NCBI GenBank assembly: GCA_951813565.1
Contig: OX638351.1
Location: 4,320,001-4,384,000 of the forward strand
Direction: 5' to 3'
Length of the DNA: 64,000 bases
Source: an uncultured Poribacteria bacterium
Lineage (GTDB): Bacteria > Poribacteria > WGA-4E > WGA-3G
The notes under the pieces were generated by a model. That model worked only from the letters and a program-made list of their open reading frames with translations, was not told the DNA's origin and did no database searches. Shown here piece by piece: positions 60,385 to 64,000 of this stretch. Numbering within the stretch: position 1 is the stretch's first letter; each line of letters begins with the position of its first letter. The translations under genes were made by a program, and so were the position numbers.

Positions 60385-63051
60385 TTACATTGAAACCCCC
60401 AACAACCCCCGCGTTAACTGAAAATCTATATTGCCCTTGCTATGCAATTTAGGGGTATACCGCCGCGAAGCCACCTCCATAATCAGCGCCAACATTTCAT
60501 CAACTTCAATAGATGCTAAATCCAAATCTGTACCATAAGCTGATTGCGTCTCAGAATCTGTAGATACCTGAATTAGAGGCACCATCACATGCGATTGCAA
60601 GGGCGCGCCAACAATGTGTGCAAGCGCGAGTTCTAAACCAGTCGCACCTAAGCCTGTTAACGTCTCTGTCGGTTGATCGGTAGGTGATTCCATGATATGA
60701 AAACCGTTCTTTTCAACACGTTGTCCATAAGCCAAAGTTGGTGAGGAAAAGGATTCCGTTAAGAATGTAGCATTTGCAGGAACAACAACCGTCCCTCCCT
60801 CTTTGGCAATTGACTCTGTTAATTGCATCAGTGATTGCGAAACAATCTCTGTCACTTTACCGACTGAAGTGACCGCTATGCAAAGGTGTTCTAAACCAGC
60901 ATCAACAATCGGAACAGAAGGTTTATCAGCAAGTTCATGTGCAAACCAATTTTGCACCTTATCAATCACAGCATCAATTCCGCCATCCAATTGCACGCTC
61001 GCCCAACCGTAGTTTTCAGGCGAAATACCCAATTGCTGAATTTCATGGCGAACATGGTCATTGTGTGTCTTTTCACAACCGTGTTCCAGAAGCAAACCGA
61101 GTGCTACTGATGGATGCGTCAGGTGTCCGATCATGGTGCGGGTGTAAATCTCTTCGGAACGTCCACTTGAAACACCGCATCCCTCTGTATGTGCAAGTGC
61201 CACAAAACGGGATATTCCTTGTTCTTTTCCAATCTTGTGTTCGTTGCATCGGTGCGCAATCATCTGTGCAATTTGTCCTGAACAGAGACTTGTCGGCAAA
61301 ATTAGTGCAAGTTGATCGCTTCGACGCCCATCTGCTGTTTGGAAAGCACGAAATGTGTATGCATCGGTAGGAATACTTGCTGCTTCTTTTGAGGGAATCG
61401 GTAATGGTTGACCAGACTTAACCTCAGATGCTTCAAGCATAGGTGTTAAATCCGTAGGGCCTGTCTGTTTCCAGTCACGCCACAGCGAAACTTGTGAATG
61501 TCCAGCCTTTTCTCCAACTGAACGTTCACCTGATGCAACATCTACCGTGAGATCAAGCATATCTTGACCAAGCTGCTCCATCGGTGTACCATCAAGATAA
61601 GCCCCTGCGTTCACATCCATATCCTTCTCAAGCATTTCGTAACGACCAGTTGTTGTTACAATCTTAATCGTTGGCACAAAAGGAAAATTGGTAATTGATC
61701 CGTTGCCAGTAACAAAGAAAATCATATTTGATCCAGAAGCCACTTGTCCTGCAATGCTCTCCAAATCGTTGCCGGGGCTATCCATGAAATAGTAGCCGGG
61801 TTTCTTCATCAACTCACTATAATTGATGACGTAGTCAAGGCGAACATCAGGATTCCGCTTCATTGCTGCACCAATTGATTTTATGGCGATGTTGTAGAGA
61901 CCTCTAAAATTGTTTCCACCAGATGGATTCCCTTCAGCAGAATGTCCATGCCACCCTACACGTTCCTTAAATACTTCAACAGTATTGAGAAATTTCTGTG
62001 CTGTTGGCAAATCACGAACGTTTTGCAAAAGATATGCCTCCGCGCCGATAAGTTCATCAGTTTCTGCCAGATTAGCGCATCCACCATAACGGATGACCTC
62101 CTTGGCGACATAAGCAGCGAGCGGATTACCGGACACCCCCGAAAAAGCGTCAGAACCCCCGCACTGCAACGCAATTTTGAGATTTTCTAAAGACTGCTCT
62201 GTCCGTGAAACACTATTAACTGTATCTAACCACCCATTTAGTATCTTGGTGCCTTTAACTAAGTTAGCATCAAAATTTCCTTCAATCCGAAAGAAATTAT
62301 GTGTGATATCATCCAGTTCATAGTTCTCGCGCAGCATATATTCCTTCAACATGTCGTTGGTTACTGCTTCTGTGCCATAATCCACAAGCAGGATCGCGCC
62401 GATATTAGGATGTGCCGTAAAACCCGCGAGCGTCCGCAACAATATATCTATGTTATTTGGTGTTTTTTCTTCACCACCTTCAGTATGTGTTACCGAAACG
62501 ATTCCGTCTATGTGAGAATAGCCTTGCACGCTGTCCGAACATCTGTCCGCAAGTCTTTTGGCAAAGGCAGAGGTCCGTGAAGTTGTTCCCATCACAACGA
62601 TATAGTTCCGTGTTCCAACGCCACGATTTCCCGCCCGTCGATAACCGAGAAAATTACGTTTTTCTGAATAGCGTTCCACCTGTTTTCCCGGTCTAAACGC
62701 TGCTTCATCTAATGCATAAGGCACTATCACATCAGAGAAGTTGGGACTCGATGGCAGTTCAAAATTTAGATTTCTAATCGACAGTGAATCAATCATTTTC
62801 TGATTGCACACATAATTGCCAGGAACAATAGAACGTGAAGCGTAACCGAAAGGTAAACCCCAAGACAATAGTGCATCACCCTCTATTATCGGTTGGATGG
62901 CAAAACGGTGTCCTTCTAACACGGTATGAGATAAGGAAAACTTTTCACCATTATGCTGAATCTGTGTTCCCGCATCTAATCTCTGTGTAGCAATCGCAAC
63001 GTTATCATCTGGAGCAGGTAACCGTGCAACGTTTGTAAAATAATATGTCAT
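60385..63051 (-). CDS. UxaA/GarD-family altronate/galactarate dehydratase with internal domain duplication
   Basis: SAF domain (DNVAIA..GHRFA), GVGTRNY, QCGGSDAFSG, GNPSGGN, TGNGS; second partial copy TSLCS/HTEGCG/HGCE. Confidence 0.88.
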   Translation of the reverse strand: MTYYFTNVARLPAPDDNVAIATQRLDAGTQIQHNGEKFSLSHTVLEGHRFAIQPIIEGDALLSWGLPFGYASRSIVPGNYVCNQKMIDSLSIRNLNFELPSSPNFSDVIVPYALDEAAFRPGKQVERYSEKRNFLGYRRAGNRGVGTRNYIVVMGTTSRTSAFAKRLADRCSDSVQGYSHIDGIVSVTHTEGGEEKTPNNIDILLRTLAGFTAHPNIGAILLVDYGTEAVTNDMLKEYMLRENYELDDITHNFFRIEGNFDANLVKGTKILNGWLDTVNSVSRTEQSLENLKIALQCGGSDAFSGVSGNPLAAYVAKEVIRYGGCANLAETDELIGAEAYLLQNVRDLPTAQKFLNTVEVFKERVGWHGHSAEGNPSGGNNFRGLYNIAIKSIGAAMKRNPDVRLDYVINYSELMKKPGYYFMDSPGNDLESIAGQVASGSNMIFFVTGNGSITNFPFVPTIKIVTTTGRYEMLEKDMDVNAGAYLDGTPMEQLGQDMLDLTVDVASGERSVGEKAGHSQVSLWRDWKQTGPTDLTPMLEASEVKSGQPLPIPSKEAASIPTDAYTFRAFQTADGRRSDQLALILPTSLCSGQIAQMIAHRCNEHKIGKEQGISRFVALAHTEGCGVSSGRSEEIYTRTMIGHLTHPSVALGLLLEHGCEKTHNDHVRHEIQQLGISPENYGWASVQLDGGIDAVIDKVQNWFAHELADKPSVPIVDAGLEHLCIAVTSVGKVTEIVSQSLMQLTESIAKEGGTVVVPANATFLTESFSSPTLAYGQRVEKNGFHIMESPTDQPTETLTGLGATGLELALAHIVGAPLQSHVMVPLIQVSTDSETQSAYGTDLDLASIEVDEMLALIMEVASRRYTPKLHSKGNIDFQLTRGLLGVSM

Positions 63052-63069
63052 TAGGCCTCCTTACACAGA

Positions 63070-63639
63070 TTAACGGCGATAGATGCTTACTTCAATAGCA
63101 TCCTTTTTTACCCACGGCAGATTAATGTCAAACCAATGTGTTTCAGATTCATAGTGTTCACGAACGTGTTCGAGGTAATCCGCCATAGAGTCTGCACCGA
63201 TTCCAACGTTGTCCGCCAATACAGTCGCAGGATTAGTCAACTGCGATTCAATCGCCTGAAAACATGGGAAATAATTATCAAAATTGTTATCAAGGAGCAA
63301 AAAATCCACAGGTTCTTGGATGCTTTTGAGCACCGCCTGTGCATCACCGATGCGTGAATCAACGAGATCAGCCAAACCTGCACTTTCAAAATTTGCGCGC
63401 GCTTGATTTGCTCGGTTAGTATCTATCTCAATTGTTATTAAACGTCCAGCACCTGCAGCTTTCAACACACGTAACATCCATAGACCGGAATAGCCGATAG
63501 CAGTACCGCATTCGACAATTAGTGATGGCTTAGTCTTCTCAACGCAGTCAGCGAGAAATTTTGCCTTTTCCGGTCCTAACATAGGAATTCTCTCTTCTCT
63601 ACACTGTGCCTCAACCTCTTTTAAAACCTGATCAAACAT
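63070..63639 (-). CDS. O-methyltransferase (class I SAM-dependent)
   Basis: VECGTAIGYS, ITIEID, GDA, LADNV; GGAGG RBS. Confidence 0.9.
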   Translation of the reverse strand: MFDQVLKEVEAQCREERIPMLGPEKAKFLADCVEKTKPSLIVECGTAIGYSGLWMLRVLKAAGAGRLITIEIDTNRANQARANFESAGLADLVDSRIGDAQAVLKSIQEPVDFLLLDNNFDNYFPCFQAIESQLTNPATVLADNVGIGADSMADYLEHVREHYESETHWFDINLPWVKKDAIEVSIYRR

Positions 63640-63924
63640 ATAACCCTCCATTAAAATAAAGCCGCTATCACTTGAATTTGACACACTTAAAGCGATATGG
63701 TAAAATTCTATACCGTTTAGTACAGTAGGTTGTGCGACTTTGCTTAATTCTGCAATTGTTTCAATATTTCATTTGTGGAAAAAGATAAGATAATCATACA
63801 CGAAAACCTTATAAGGGTCAAGTCGTAGGGCTTAAACTTAATTCTGACATTTTTAGAGACAAAAATTGCAACCGAATCTATTGTTAGGTGTGTATTAGTA
63901 TGTAGGCACTTCCGGAGGCACCTG

Positions 63925-64000
63925 ATGCTTGAATTAGATGATGAATTGATGCAGCGTTTTCAAAAAGGCGATGAGGATGCGTTTAACCTTTTAGCACGCC
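63925..64000 (+). CDS. ECF sigma-70 factor N-terminus (partial)
   Basis: GGAGG RBS then MLELDDELMQRFQKGDEDAFNLLAR. Confidence 0.65.
   Translation, partial: MLELDDELMQRFQKGDEDAFNLLAR

Noticed and set aside
1140..63357. Numerous short antisense/overlapping ORFs in the track (e.g. 9046-9399, 25572-26087, 56204-56656, 2632-2832)
   Set aside because: They are shadows of real genes or MITEs, with no RBS or recognisable motifs

Overview
Low-GC (~40%) bacterial chromosomal window. It is most plausibly from a Candidatus Poribacteria-like diderm; this is an inference from protein style (TolB-like protein ending VTPQGKKVRWGTLKK, internalin-like LRR lipoprotein, tandem TonB-dependent receptors). Housekeeping and envelope genes include purF/purM, mfd, three parvulin PPIases, an unusual LptD carrying inserted parvulin domains, tonB and four tandem TBDRs. 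These are interleaved with heavy mobile-DNA activity. There are four copies of one IS200/IS605 family: a partial tnpA+tnpB copy at the window start and three ~1364-bp tnpB-only derivatives. Their left-end guide tetramer co-varies with the insertion target (AAAT/TTAA versus AAAC/TTAG). An IS3 element and several MITE families carrying GTAG-type REP hairpins are present. A recurrent 34-nt hairpin unit inserts into REPs, into MITEs and into itself. A type I R-M locus is disrupted in all three hsd genes and has accreted toxin-antitoxin cassettes that share a promoter module. No CRISPR array, rRNA or tRNA was seen.
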